A DNA stretch of 64,000 bases from Myxococcota bacterium (GTDB lineage Bacteria; Myxococcota_A; UBA796; SXON01), in contig JAZKFH010000019.1 in assembly GCA_040386535.1 (NCBI GenBank), positions 354,186 to 418,185 of the forward strand. Reading direction: 5' to 3'. The translations under genes were made by a program, and so were the position numbers. The stretch's first letter is position 1. Each line of letters opens with the position of its first letter. The notes beneath the pieces were generated by a model, which was not told the origin of the DNA, ran no database searches, and saw only the letters and a list, made by a program, of their open reading frames with translations. Below are positions 1 to 9,588 of this stretch, piece after piece.

Positions 1-2
1 GG

Positions 3-143
3 GGAGGGGGCTACCGCCTCGGCAACTCGGAGCTGTTCGCCGAGGCGCGCTACCTGCTCTTCACCGCCAGCGGCCCCCAGGTGTCGTTCGAGGGTTCGAT
101 CGGCGGGCTCTCCCTGATGGCCGGATACCGGCTACTCTATTGA
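3..143 (+). CDS. 3' end of a probable outer-membrane beta-barrel protein (partial, runs off the left edge)
   Basis: Frame 3 reads GGGYRLGNSELFAEARYLLFTASGPQVSFEGSIGGLSLMAGYRLLY* (TGA 141-143): alternating beta-strand pattern with terminal aromatic residue. Confidence 0.65.
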   Translation, partial: GGGYRLGNSELFAEARYLLFTASGPQVSFEGSIGGLSLMAGYRLLY

Positions 144-147
144 TGAG

Positions 148-3100
148 ATGACGCCCCGCTCGTCCACCCGAGCCGCCTCGCACGACGCGTCCCACGATGC
201 TTCGCGATGGTCCAGGTTTGTCGCGGTGTTCGTCTGGTTGGCCGGCTGCACGTTGAGCCCGGCGGCGCCTTCCATCGACAGCGTCTCTCCCACCTGGGGC
301 TACAACGGCGAGCCGACCGAGATCGAGATCTCGGGCGCCCACTTCTTTCCTACCGTGATCGTCGGGGACGTGATCGACCCCGAGGACGACGATGGGCGCG
401 TCGAGGGCACCTTCCAGGCGTGGCTGGTGGGCGACCAGACGTACGCGCTCGAGGACGTCCAGCACGTCTCGTACGACGTCGTCAGCGCCGAGGTGCCGGA
501 GGGGGTGCCCATCGGCGTCTACGATCTGCGCGTCGAGGTCCCTTCGGGCCTCGTCACGACCGGGGTCGACCTGTTCACGGTCACCGACACCCGCGCCGAT
601 CACCTGCACGTCACGGTGGAGGACTTCGCCCCCGCGTACACCGTCGGGGAGGAGGCCGCGTTGACGGTCCGCCTCGAGGATCCAGAGGATCAAGGCGTCC
701 GGCAGACCCTGGAGGTCGAGATCGTCGCGGTTCCGAGCGATCCGCTCACGAAGGTCAGCTTCGAGCCCGACGGCCTGATCGACCAGGAGACCATCGACGG
801 CGGCGTGCGCGGCTGGCTCTCCAGCACGGGCGTCGGCCAGGTGAAGGTCACCTCGGAGGTGGTCGACAACATCCTCTTCAAGGTCGACGCGGTCGCGCCG
901 ACCACCATCGAGGGCGACGAGATCCCGCTCTCCTGGGCGGCGGGTGACGTGGCCTCCGTCGAGGTGCTCCTCCCCTCCGAGAACTTCCAGGCCGTCGCGG
1001 GCGAGCCGTTCGACGTGACCATCCGCTTCCTGGATCCCTTCGGCAACGTGCTCCCCTCCGCCGGCACGACGGTCAACCTCGCGGACGCCTGCACGTCCGG
1101 TTCTGTGACCTCGCCGACCTGGTACGCGTTCGGCGCCGAGGTCGGGGAGGGGGACACGGTCACCATCGAGCTGACCGAGGCCTGCGCCGCGAACAAGATC
1201 CTCGTGAACGCGGTGGAGGGGGTCGGGGAGAGCGACACCTTCGCGGTCATCCCCGCGGAGCACGTCGGCTACACGGTCGCGCCCGTCTACCCCGTCGTGA
1301 CCGCGGGCGCCGAGCTTCCCATCTTCGTCGCCGCGGTGGACGAGTTCGGCAATCTCCTGACCGACCACACGGCGACGCTGACCCTCTACGACGACCTCGG
1401 CGGGCTGGACCCGTGGCGGGCGCGCGGGGAGCAGGTCTGCTCGGGTTTCGTGGCCGGGACGAGCTTCTGTCTCGTCCGCGCCTGGACCGCGGGCACGGAC
1501 GTGGTGATCCGCGCGGTCGACCCCGCCGGCAAGGTCGGCTTTGCCGAGCCCATCGAGATCGTCCCCGCCGAGGCATCGGCCCTCCTCGTCGTGATCGACG
1601 AGCCCTCGGTCGAGGCCGGCGAGACCTTCCCGGTGACCGTGCACGCCCTCGACGCGTACGACAACAGCGTCGAGTTCGATCCCACGGGCGCCGACCCCGT
1701 CGTCTGGAGCGACGACTCCGGCACGATCGCCTGTGTCTGGAGCGGCTCGGACGAGAGCGGCCAGCGGTTCGACTGCACGATCGTGGGGGCCGTCGCCGAC
1801 GCGAACGTCGAGGCGCGGGTGCTCGGGCTCGTCAGCGCCGCGGCCGGCCCTCTCGTCGTGACCAACGCCGCGCTCGCGGACGTGGAGGTCGATCCGCAGG
1901 GCACGACCTTCGTGGCGGGGAGCGCGTTCACCGTCGCGCTTCGCGGATTCGACAGCTTCGGCAACGCCTACCTCGTGCAGACCGATCCCGAGATCGACCT
2001 GACCGACAACGCCGGCACCCTCGTGCCCGACACCGCGGTGCTCGGCCCCGCCGGCACCGTGGAGGTGTCGGCCGTCGTCTACCGCGCCGGCACCGCCGTG
2101 CGCCTGTACGCCTCGCAGGGCGGGGTGGGACTCGGCGCCAGCCGGCCGCTGTTGGTGAGCCCGGACGTGCTCGACAGCCTCCAAGTAGACGCTCCCGCGT
2201 GGGTCTCCGTCGACGAGCCCGCCGCGATCGGCATCACCGCGGTGGACGCCTACGGGAACGCCGTCCCCACCTACGCCGGCAGCGTGACCCTCTCCTCGGC
2301 CGGCGGCGGCTGTGACACCGTGGTGGTGACCGGGTTTTCCGACGGCACCGCGCATGTCGACCTCGACTGCCCGACCCCGCAGCTGTCGGACGAGCTCCGC
2401 GCGACAGACACCGCGGGCTACGCCGGCGAGAGCGACGTGATGGACATCGTCGACCTCGCGTGTGCCGATGGTCCCACCGCCGTGCTGGAGCTCGACGGGG
2501 ACGACGACACCATTCGGTGCCTCGCCGATGGCGCCTCCCTCACCGTCACGGCGGACTCGTCCGGTAGCCTCGCGGGCGCCGACAGCATCGCGGTGCGCCA
2601 CTTCACCGACGTGGAGTCCACCTCCGTCCGCACCCCGTCCGACTCCGCCACCTTCACCTACGACACCACCGGCACCCGGTCGATCGAGGTGCTCGTGGCG
2701 GACGCGCGCGCGTGCGCCGACCTCGCGGTGGGCGAGGCGTACATCGGCTCGAACGACGGCGAGGCCACCGGCCCGATCATCGTGGCCACGTCCGCGCCCA
2801 CGGTGGCCGCCGGGGGCACCCTCACCGTCACGGTGGCCGCCCGCGACTGCACCGAGGACCTCGCGGCGGGCCAGCGGATCCTCGTGCGCGCGGACCTCGG
2901 CTCGGTGGGTGGAACGTCCACCGGGTCGGGGCTCACCGTGACGCTCGACGCGGTGGGCGCGACGATCTTCACCTGGTCGTTCGTGGACAGCGGCTACGCC
3001 GGCATCGCCACGGTGTACGCCGGCTCCGCGGGGGGCGGCGCCATCGGCTCGCGGAGCGTGCTCGTGACGGGAGACTCGGCCCACCCCACCGTCCTGGAGG

Positions 3101-3756
3101 CCACTCCGACGGGGACCCACCTCGGGAGCATCGAGTCGATCACGGTCACGTTCAGCGAGGCGATGACCGCGAGCCTGTTCACCAACCTCTACGTCCCGCT
3201 GACCGGGCCCTCGGGGACCGTGTCTGCCACGTACACGCTCTCGGCGGATGGGACGACCGTCGTGGTCACCCCCAACACGCCCATCGACGGCAGCACGGGG
3301 TCGTACACGTTGAGCCTGTCGCAAAACCTGAGGGACCTCGCGGGCAATCGGCTCGACGGCGGGTGGTCGGGCGTGTGGGGCCCAGCGGTGTTCAGCTTCG
3401 GGAACCTCGTCGACACCGTCCCGGACATCACCGCGTGCGCCGCGAGCGGGACGACGTTCACGCCCGACGGGGACGACGGCGCCGGGAGCGACGCGGACGA
3501 GGTGACCGTCACCCCCACGGCCGCGGGGTCGCCGGCGTGGTGGTGGTTCACCGTCTACGATGCGGACGAGACGCGTGTACGCAGCCATCGCACGCTCGGC
3601 ACGGCGTCTCAGGTGCGCTGGGACGGGCGCGGAGACGACGGGATCCTGCGCGACGCGGGGCCCTACCGCCTCTCGATCAGCGCTATCGACGGCAATGGAA
3701 ACGTGGGAGGGCAGTGTGATGTCACCGTCGATCTCCAGCAGTACGTGGACCCATGA
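148..3756 (+). CDS. Large secreted/lipoprotein with tandem Ig-like domains (IPT/TIG-like N-terminus, repeated D-x-[FY]-G-N modules, SbsA/Big_5-like domain, C-terminal FlgD-Ig-like domain)
   Basis: 1202 aa; lipobox-like LAGC; PSIDSVSP (IPT-like); DPFGN, DEFGN, DAYDN, DSFGN, DAYGN; ITVTFSEAM...LRDLAGNRL; WDGRGDDG...GPYRLSISA. Confidence 0.8.
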   Translation: MTPRSSTRAASHDASHDASRWSRFVAVFVWLAGCTLSPAAPSIDSVSPTWGYNGEPTEIEISGAHFFPTVIVGDVIDPEDDDGRVEGTFQAWLVGDQTYALEDVQHVSYDVVSAEVPEGVPIGVYDLRVEVPSGLVTTGVDLFTVTDTRADHLHVTVEDFAPAYTVGEEAALTVRLEDPEDQGVRQTLEVEIVAVPSDPLTKVSFEPDGLIDQETIDGGVRGWLSSTGVGQVKVTSEVVDNILFKVDAVAPTTIEGDEIPLSWAAGDVASVEVLLPSENFQAVAGEPFDVTIRFLDPFGNVLPSAGTTVNLADACTSGSVTSPTWYAFGAEVGEGDTVTIELTEACAANKILVNAVEGVGESDTFAVIPAEHVGYTVAPVYPVVTAGAELPIFVAAVDEFGNLLTDHTATLTLYDDLGGLDPWRARGEQVCSGFVAGTSFCLVRAWTAGTDVVIRAVDPAGKVGFAEPIEIVPAEASALLVVIDEPSVEAGETFPVTVHALDAYDNSVEFDPTGADPVVWSDDSGTIACVWSGSDESGQRFDCTIVGAVADANVEARVLGLVSAAAGPLVVTNAALADVEVDPQGTTFVAGSAFTVALRGFDSFGNAYLVQTDPEIDLTDNAGTLVPDTAVLGPAGTVEVSAVVYRAGTAVRLYASQGGVGLGASRPLLVSPDVLDSLQVDAPAWVSVDEPAAIGITAVDAYGNAVPTYAGSVTLSSAGGGCDTVVVTGFSDGTAHVDLDCPTPQLSDELRATDTAGYAGESDVMDIVDLACADGPTAVLELDGDDDTIRCLADGASLTVTADSSGSLAGADSIAVRHFTDVESTSVRTPSDSATFTYDTTGTRSIEVLVADARACADLAVGEAYIGSNDGEATGPIIVATSAPTVAAGGTLTVTVAARDCTEDLAAGQRILVRADLGSVGGTSTGSGLTVTLDAVGATIFTWSFVDSGYAGIATVYAGSAGGGAIGSRSVLVTGDSAHPTVLEATPTGTHLGSIESITVTFSEAMTASLFTNLYVPLTGPSGTVSATYTLSADGTTVVVTPNTPIDGSTGSYTLSLSQNLRDLAGNRLDGGWSGVWGPAVFSFGNLVDTVPDITACAASGTTFTPDGDDGAGSDADEVTVTPTAAGSPAWWWFTVYDADETRVRSHRTLGTASQVRWDGRGDDGILRDAGPYRLSISAIDGNGNVGGQCDVTVDLQQYVDP

Positions 3757-3772
3757 CGAACCGGAGGATGGC

Positions 3773-4459
3773 GTGAGCGGTCCGTTGGATGCCGCATCGA
3801 ACGAGGCCCTGCGGCTCGCCGAGCTCGGCCTGCTCACCGCGGGGCTCATCCACGAGCTTCGGCAGCCCGTGTTCGCACTCAAGGCGCTCGCACAGCTCGC
3901 GGAGGGGCATCCGTCCAGGGCCCCCGAGTACCTCGCCCAGGTCTTGGCGCAGGTGGGCACCCTCGAGTCCCTGATCGAGGGCTACGCCGACTTCAGCCGT
4001 CGCCCCGTCGGGAGCTGCGAAGTGTTCGAGCTCGCCGCGCCCGTCCGCTCCGCGCTCGTGGTGCTCGAGCACCGCGCCATCGCGTCGCAGGTGCGCATCT
4101 TCATCGACCTCGGCGAGCCCGTGGCCGTGCGGGGCTCGCTCCTCGCCGTGCAGCAGGCGCTGGTGAACCTCGGCCAGAACGCCATCGACGCGCTCAGGGG
4201 CCAGGCCGACGGGTGCCTGCGCATCACCGCCGTCCGGCACCCCGGCGGCGCCGCGATCCGGGTGCAGGACAACGGGCCGGGCCTGCCGCCCCACATCCGG
4301 TCCCACCTGTTCGAGCCGTTCCGGACCACCAAGCCCAGCGGAACCGGCCTCGGCCTCTCCATCTCCCGTGACCTGATGGCGGCGTGCGGCGGGGAGCTCC
4401 GGCTCGCGGAGTCCGAACACGGCACCTGCTGGGAGATCCGGGTCGCGCTGCCGACGTAG
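3773..4459 (+). CDS. Sensorless histidine kinase (HisKA + HATPase_c)
   Basis: GTG start after GGAGGA; H-box HELRQP, N-box NLGQNAIDAL, DNGPG, LFEPFRTTK, GTGLGL. Confidence 0.88.
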   Translation: MSGPLDAASNEALRLAELGLLTAGLIHELRQPVFALKALAQLAEGHPSRAPEYLAQVLAQVGTLESLIEGYADFSRRPVGSCEVFELAAPVRSALVVLEHRAIASQVRIFIDLGEPVAVRGSLLAVQQALVNLGQNAIDALRGQADGCLRITAVRHPGGAAIRVQDNGPGLPPHIRSHLFEPFRTTKPSGTGLGLSISRDLMAACGGELRLAESEHGTCWEIRVALPT

Positions 4460-4496
4460 GGCCCGCTACGACGCGGGTTCGGGTTAGGAGCCGCGC

Positions 4497-5021
4497 ATGG
4501 ACGACGACGACTCGAAGAACGTGCCCGAAGCCCACCTCGCGGCGCTCGCGCCCCGCTTCCTGGCGGCGATCCAGAAGCGCGGCGCCGGCCAGGTCGACGC
4601 GGCGCTCGAGGCCTTCGCCGACATCCTCAAGACGGAGCCGCGCATCGCGGAGCCGCGGATGGAGATCGCGCGCATCTACCTCGAGATGGGCCGGCTGGAT
4701 GACGCCGAGGCCGAGGCCCGCGAGGCGATCCGCATCCTCGAGCTCGGCGGCCAATGGACCGAGGATCTCCCCGAGCACGTCGTCCTCGCGGTGGCGTGGG
4801 CGCTGTACGGGGAGATCCTGAAGGAGAAGGCCTCCTCGGACGAGGTGGTCTTCGGCGATCCCGCCGTGTTCACCGGCCTCATCGAGCAGAGCCGCGCCGC
4901 GTTCGCGCGCGCCGCGGAGCTCGACCCGACCGACCAGAACAGCGCCGTGATCGCGATGGAGCTCGGCGACGGCGCGGATGGCCTCGACGACGAGGAGCCC
5001 GAGCCCGAGCCCGACAACTAG
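4497..5021 (+). CDS. Tetratricopeptide-repeat protein with acidic tail
   Basis: AGGAG RBS; EPRMEIARIYLEMGRLDDAEAEAREAI and FARAAELDP TPR signatures. Confidence 0.75.
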   Translation: MDDDDSKNVPEAHLAALAPRFLAAIQKRGAGQVDAALEAFADILKTEPRIAEPRMEIARIYLEMGRLDDAEAEAREAIRILELGGQWTEDLPEHVVLAVAWALYGEILKEKASSDEVVFGDPAVFTGLIEQSRAAFARAAELDPTDQNSAVIAMELGDGADGLDDEEPEPEPDN

Positions 5022-5548
5022 GCTGGCGCGGCTGCCACCACGTTCAACCGGTTGAGGATCGCGGCGGAGAACGCCTCGAGATCGCCCGGGTTGCGCGACG
5101 TGATGAGGTTGCCGTCCTCCACGACCGGTGAGTCCTCCCAATGCGCGCCGGCGTTGACCAGATCCGCGTGGATGGATGGCCACGAGGTGAGCCGTCGGCC
5201 GTCCACGAGGTCCGCCTCGATGAGCAGGCTGGGCCCGTGACAGACCGCGGCGATGGGGCGGTCCTGGAGGCCGAACTCCCGCACGAACTTCACCATCCCG
5301 ATGTCCAGCCGCAGGTGATCGGGCGAGTACCCGCCGGGGATCACCAGCAGGTCGAAGTCTTCGGGGCGAACCTCGCCGGGGGTGGCGCCGATGCCGACCT
5401 TCTCGCGGCCGCGTTTCCCTTCCACGAAGGCGTTCTTCTTGACGCCGACCAGCGTGATGTCGTGCCCGGCGTCGCGCAGGCGATCGTAGGGCACACGGAA
5501 CTCGTCGTCCTCGAAGTCTTCACCGAGCACAAACGCGATCTTGGCCAT
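5018..5548 (-). CDS. pfpI: PfpI/DJ-1 family protein (type 1 glutamine amidotransferase-like)
   Basis: FEDDEF, IPGGYSPD, AVCHGP nucleophile elbow, DGNLITSRNPGDL; GGAGG RBS. Confidence 0.92.
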   Translation of the reverse strand: MAKIAFVLGEDFEDDEFRVPYDRLRDAGHDITLVGVKKNAFVEGKRGREKVGIGATPGEVRPEDFDLLVIPGGYSPDHLRLDIGMVKFVREFGLQDRPIAAVCHGPSLLIEADLVDGRRLTSWPSIHADLVNAGAHWEDSPVVEDGNLITSRNPGDLEAFSAAILNRLNVVAAAPA

Positions 5549-5604
5549 GGTGCCTCCATCCGCTCAATGTGAGGGCGGAGGGGGCGGGCGCCGGTCATGA
5601 TTCG

Positions 5605-8250
5605 CTACGGCGCCCAGTCGCACGTCTTCGCGCCCGGCGCCGTCCACACCCCGTCCCCGTCCACGTCGACGAAGATCGGGTTGACGATCACCCGGGGCAC
5701 CTCGGCCGCGTCGTAGCCTTCGAGGCCGCGGGGCATCGCGCCCTCGCCCACCGCGATGACGACGATGTAGGCGTCTTCGGTCAGGAGGAGGGGCAGCGTC
5801 TCGTCGAGCTTCACCAGCTCGGAGGGGGCCGTGGCGGCGCGGGTGTGGGCGAGGTCGCAGTTGACCAACACGTCCACGCGCGTGACGTCGATCTCGGGGA
5901 GCGCCTCTACGTGCAGCCAGAGCTCGGCCTCGCCGTCGCTCACGCTCGCGGTCTCGCCGGGCCCGGCGCCGTCGACGGTGACCCGCGCGAAGGCGCCGGC
6001 GCTGATCTGGGCGGCGCCCGCGAGGGTGCCCTCGGCGGCGTCGTCCGCGGTGAAGGCGGTGTCGTCGGGTACGGTCACGAAGGTGCGCGGCGTTCCCGGG
6101 GTGTCCATCCCGTGCACGTCGGTCACGCCGACGCCCGTGACGCGATGCCCGAGGTTGTGGAACGCGAACCAGTCGACCAGCGCCCCGGTGTGGAGGGGGT
6201 CGGCCTCCTCGAGGTAGGGGCTGCGCAGCCCGTTGAGGACCTCGAAGCTGTCGAAGTCCCAGGACCACACCGCGGTGCCCGGCGCGAGGCCGAGGGCCTC
6301 CGGATCGTCCATCGCGGGGGGCTCGGACATGCGGTCCCACTCGAGGACGCACAGGATGCCGCACTCGCCGTTGACGCGGGCGTGGTTCATCTGGACCACG
6401 GAGGCGCCACGCGCGCGCTGGGCCGCGAAGATGTCGCCGAACGCGAGCGAGTACCACCGCACCGGATCGCCGCGCACGGTGTCCGTGACGGGGAAGGGCC
6501 ACGCGTTGGTGTGCTCGGGGATGGTGGCGGTGATCTCACTGCCGAGGCCGTAGACGAGCCAGTCGTCGAGCCCGGCCTCGGTGACGAAACCCGAGAGATC
6601 GATGATGGCCTCGTGATCGGTCGAGATGACGAGGTCGAGCCCGCTGCCCGCCGCGGTGCGCATCCGGTCGATCGGCAACACCGTGCTGTCCGCGCTCGGA
6701 CCGGAGTGCACGTGGCTGTCGAAGCTCGCCCACCCGGTGGTGTCGACGACACGGGGCAGCTCGACGGTGACCGCGGTGGTGCCGTCGTCGGGCACCGTGA
6801 ACTCCGTCGTCACCACCGAGTGTTCGTAGCCGCGGCTGACGTAGGCGGTGTAGTGGCCGGGCGGCACGGGGACGTCGGGGTCCTGGGGGGTGGGGAACGC
6901 GAAGGTGGTGTAGCCGTCGTCGCGCTCGAGCTCAATCCGCACGGGGAGGGGGCCCCCGTCGCCGTCGGTGGCGGCCACGGTGATGCCGCCGAGCGCGCCG
7001 ATGGCGAGGGTCAAATCGGTCGCGACGCTCGCGCCCACGATCAGGGCCTCGCCGTCGTCACGGCCCGCGCCGGAGGCCACCAATCGCCAGTCGCTCCCGG
7101 CGACGGTCACCGCGCGGCCGGAGAAGCGGCCCTCCGCATCGGTGACCAGCGTCGTGACCGTTCGCCACTCGTCGTCGTTGCGGACGGCCACCTCGACGCG
7201 TGCCCCGGCAACCGGGCGGCCCCCGGGGTCCGCCACTGCGCCGGACAGATCGTGCCACGTGGCCTCGAGACCGGGCGTGGGATCGTCGATGTAGGGCTCG
7301 AGCCCCGCGCCGGCGCTCGCGCCGTCCGTGGGGCCCACGGCGAGCGCGAAGGCGGCCTCGTCGCCCACTTCAAGGGGCGCCGCGACGTGGTTAACGTCGA
7401 CGAGCACGGTCACGCCCGCGATCTCGGTGCGCGCCATGGCGGCGCCGGGCATGGCGAGGGCGGTCGAGCCGGTGGGGCTCGCGTCCCCCGACCAGAGCAC
7501 GCCGGTGTCGAAGCCGATCCCGGACAGCTCGAGGCTGCCGGACGCCCACGCCGTGTTGTCCGTGTGGTCGGACGGAAAGGCGACGGCGCCCACCAGGAAG
7601 CCCTCGTTCGCCGTGCCGGCGGTCACGGGCTCGCCGCCGAGGAGCACGTCGATCTGGAGCGCGGCGTCGTCCGGGGCGAGGGTGTAGCGCACGGTGATGT
7701 CGAGGCCGTACAGCTCCCCGAGCGGCTTGCGCCCGCCGTTCTCGTAGGTGCTGCGCATCAGGGTGAGCTCGACGAGCCAGAAGCGGTCGTCGGTCCCATG
7801 CACGTCCACCACGGCCGGGCCCCCGTCGCTGCCGTCGGACACGATCTCGATACTGTCGCCGCGGATCATGTGCATGCTGCTCTGCCCGAACTCCGCGAGG
7901 TTCAGCTGGCCGACGAGCAGGCCGAGCTCGCCCAGGATCTCGGGGCCCGCCTGCTCGCACCCGTCGACCGCGACCGCGTCGATCGGCAAACCGCCGTAGT
8001 GGTAGTAGGTGCGCGGATCGTCGGGCCCCTGCACCACGAACGCGGCGCGCGCGTTCATCAAGAGGATGTCGCCCGGCGCCGCGAGCGTGTCGGGACCCCA
8101 GGGTTGTTCGCCGATCTCCCTGAGCGTGCGCGCGGTGGCGCGGCCCGCCTCGGGGCACCCCTGGGTGAAGAGGCCGTCCCCCGTGAGCGTGTCGGGTTTT
8201 GGAGGGAAGGGGTCGGGCGCGCAGCCGAGCAACAACAGCGTGACGAACAT
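5605..8250 (-). CDS. Lipoprotein with CehA/McbA-type PHP-like metallohydrolase domain and carboxypeptidase-regulatory-like domain
   Basis: LLLLGC lipobox; DSHVHS, STDHE, HTNAWP, NHAR, FEVLNG, TDVHG metal-ligand motifs. Confidence 0.8.
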   Translation of the reverse strand: MFVTLLLLGCAPDPFPPKPDTLTGDGLFTQGCPEAGRATARTLREIGEQPWGPDTLAAPGDILLMNARAAFVVQGPDDPRTYYHYGGLPIDAVAVDGCEQAGPEILGELGLLVGQLNLAEFGQSSMHMIRGDSIEIVSDGSDGGPAVVDVHGTDDRFWLVELTLMRSTYENGGRKPLGELYGLDITVRYTLAPDDAALQIDVLLGGEPVTAGTANEGFLVGAVAFPSDHTDNTAWASGSLELSGIGFDTGVLWSGDASPTGSTALAMPGAAMARTEIAGVTVLVDVNHVAAPLEVGDEAAFALAVGPTDGASAGAGLEPYIDDPTPGLEATWHDLSGAVADPGGRPVAGARVEVAVRNDDEWRTVTTLVTDAEGRFSGRAVTVAGSDWRLVASGAGRDDGEALIVGASVATDLTLAIGALGGITVAATDGDGGPLPVRIELERDDGYTTFAFPTPQDPDVPVPPGHYTAYVSRGYEHSVVTTEFTVPDDGTTAVTVELPRVVDTTGWASFDSHVHSGPSADSTVLPIDRMRTAAGSGLDLVISTDHEAIIDLSGFVTEAGLDDWLVYGLGSEITATIPEHTNAWPFPVTDTVRGDPVRWYSLAFGDIFAAQRARGASVVQMNHARVNGECGILCVLEWDRMSEPPAMDDPEALGLAPGTAVWSWDFDSFEVLNGLRSPYLEEADPLHTGALVDWFAFHNLGHRVTGVGVTDVHGMDTPGTPRTFVTVPDDTAFTADDAAEGTLAGAAQISAGAFARVTVDGAGPGETASVSDGEAELWLHVEALPEIDVTRVDVLVNCDLAHTRAATAPSELVKLDETLPLLLTEDAYIVVIAVGEGAMPRGLEGYDAAEVPRVIVNPIFVDVDGDGVWTAPGAKTCDWAP

Positions 8251-8256
8251 GCGGCG

Positions 8257-8262
8257 ATTCTA
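8257..8262 (-). promoter_or_regulatory. Putative -10 box TAGAAT 6 nt upstream of the ATG at 8250 (leaderless-type promoter)
   Basis: Minus strand ggTAGAATcgccgcATG; the TAG is an in-frame stop, and there is no SD. Confidence 0.5.
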
Positions 8263-8293
8263 CCGCGGTCGCGCTCCGGCTCGGAGGGATGGC

Positions 8294-8755
8294 CTACGCC
8301 TTCGGATGCGTGAACACCTTCTTCTCCGCCTGGTGCCGCTCCTGCGCGCGGGGGCCGGGCACGGCCGCGCCCACCTTGACGCCGCGCCGGACAGCCCAGG
8401 CGAGCGCGGCGCTCTTGACCCGCGGCGCGAGCCAGCGCCGGAACTGCGGGATGAAGAGCACGATGCCGGTCACGTCGGTCAGCACGCCCGGGGTGATGAG
8501 CAGCACGCTCCCGACGAGCACCAGGGCGCCCTCGACCAACTTGTCGGCCGGCGCCGCCTGCTCGCGGAGCGAGGCGAACAGCTCGCGGAGCACCGCGACG
8601 CCCGCGCGTTTGCCCAGCCAGGCCCCGAGCACGCCGATCGCGACGACGTAGAGCATCGTCTCGAAGCCGCCGACCCGTTGGCCGATTTCGATGAGCATCC
8701 AGAGCTCGGCGGCCGGGACGACGGTGAAGAGCAGGAACAAGATGAGGAAGGTCAT
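8294..8755 (-). CDS. fxsA: FxsA family membrane protein
   Basis: MTFLILFLLFTVVPAAELWMLIEIG...GALVLVGSVLLITPGVLTDVTG; ATGA overlap with mazG stop. Confidence 0.9.
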   Translation of the reverse strand: MTFLILFLLFTVVPAAELWMLIEIGQRVGGFETMLYVVAIGVLGAWLGKRAGVAVLRELFASLREQAAPADKLVEGALVLVGSVLLITPGVLTDVTGIVLFIPQFRRWLAPRVKSAALAWAVRRGVKVGAAVPGPRAQERHQAEKKVFTHPKA

Positions 8756-9540
8756 GCCCGTTTCGCCTCCTGCCACCAGGCTTCGAGCCGGTCGAGCCCG
8801 GCCTCCTCCATCGCGACCCCGGCGGCGGCGGCCGAGGCCTCGACCTTGCGGAAGCGCCCCTCGAAGCGCGCGTTGGCTTCGCGTAGCGCGTCCTCGCCCG
8901 CGATGCCGAGGAAGCGGCCCAGGCTCGCGGTTGCGAGCAACACGTCGCCGTACTCGTGGCGGATCGCGTCGGCGTCCCCGCTCGCGATGGCCTCGAGCAG
9001 CTCGGCGCGTTCCTCGTCGATCTTCGCCAGCACGCCCGTCAGGTCGGGCCAGTCGAACCCGACGTGCGCCACCTTCTCGCCCACGCGATGCGCGCGGAGG
9101 AGCGCGGGGAGCGAGGCGGGCACGCCGTCCACGCGCGATCCGGACTTGCGACGTGCGGCCTTGCGCGCCTCCCAGGCGCCGATGGTGCCGGCCAGGGACG
9201 TGTCCCTGCCACCGTCCGCACCGCCGTACACGTGCGGGTGCCGCTCGATCATCTTGGTGACGATGCCCTCGGCCACAGCCTCGATGTCGAACGCGCCCTG
9301 CTCCTCGGCCAGCCGAGCGAGGAAGTAGACCTGGAACAACAGGTCCCCGAGCTCCTCGCGCAGGCGCGCCAGCTGGTCCGGCGTCTGGCCGCCGTTCGTC
9401 GCGAGGTCGAGCGCGTCGAGCACCTCGTGCGCCTCTTCGAGCAGGTAGGGGCGCATCGAGCGGAGGTCCTGCGCGCGGTCCCACGGGCACTCTGCGCGGA
9501 GCGTCGCGACGACCTTACGGAGCTCTTCTACAGACGACAC
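8752..9540 (-). CDS. mazG: MazG nucleoside triphosphate pyrophosphohydrolase
   Basis: CPWDRAQ, LLEEAHE, EELGDLLFQ, RHPHVY, GFDWPD, EYGDVLL; GTG start after GAGGGG. Confidence 0.93.
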   Translation of the reverse strand: MSSVEELRKVVATLRAECPWDRAQDLRSMRPYLLEEAHEVLDALDLATNGGQTPDQLARLREELGDLLFQVYFLARLAEEQGAFDIEAVAEGIVTKMIERHPHVYGGADGGRDTSLAGTIGAWEARKAARRKSGSRVDGVPASLPALLRAHRVGEKVAHVGFDWPDLTGVLAKIDEERAELLEAIASGDADAIRHEYGDVLLATASLGRFLGIAGEDALREANARFEGRFRKVEASAAAAGVAMEEAGLDRLEAWWQEAKRA

Positions 9541-9588
9541 GGGCCCCCTCGAGATAGACAACACCGCTAACCGGCTTGCGGAGCGCAC

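Noticed and set aside
61..3960. Very long antisense/alternate-frame ORFs (e.g. 61-3960 -, 5569-8313 +, 20018-22858 -, 24783-27548 +, 27431-31996 +, 54796-57834 -)
   Set aside because: Shadow ORFs expected from high GC3 bias; Arg/Gly/Pro/Ala-rich with no motifs, and they overlap well-supported genes
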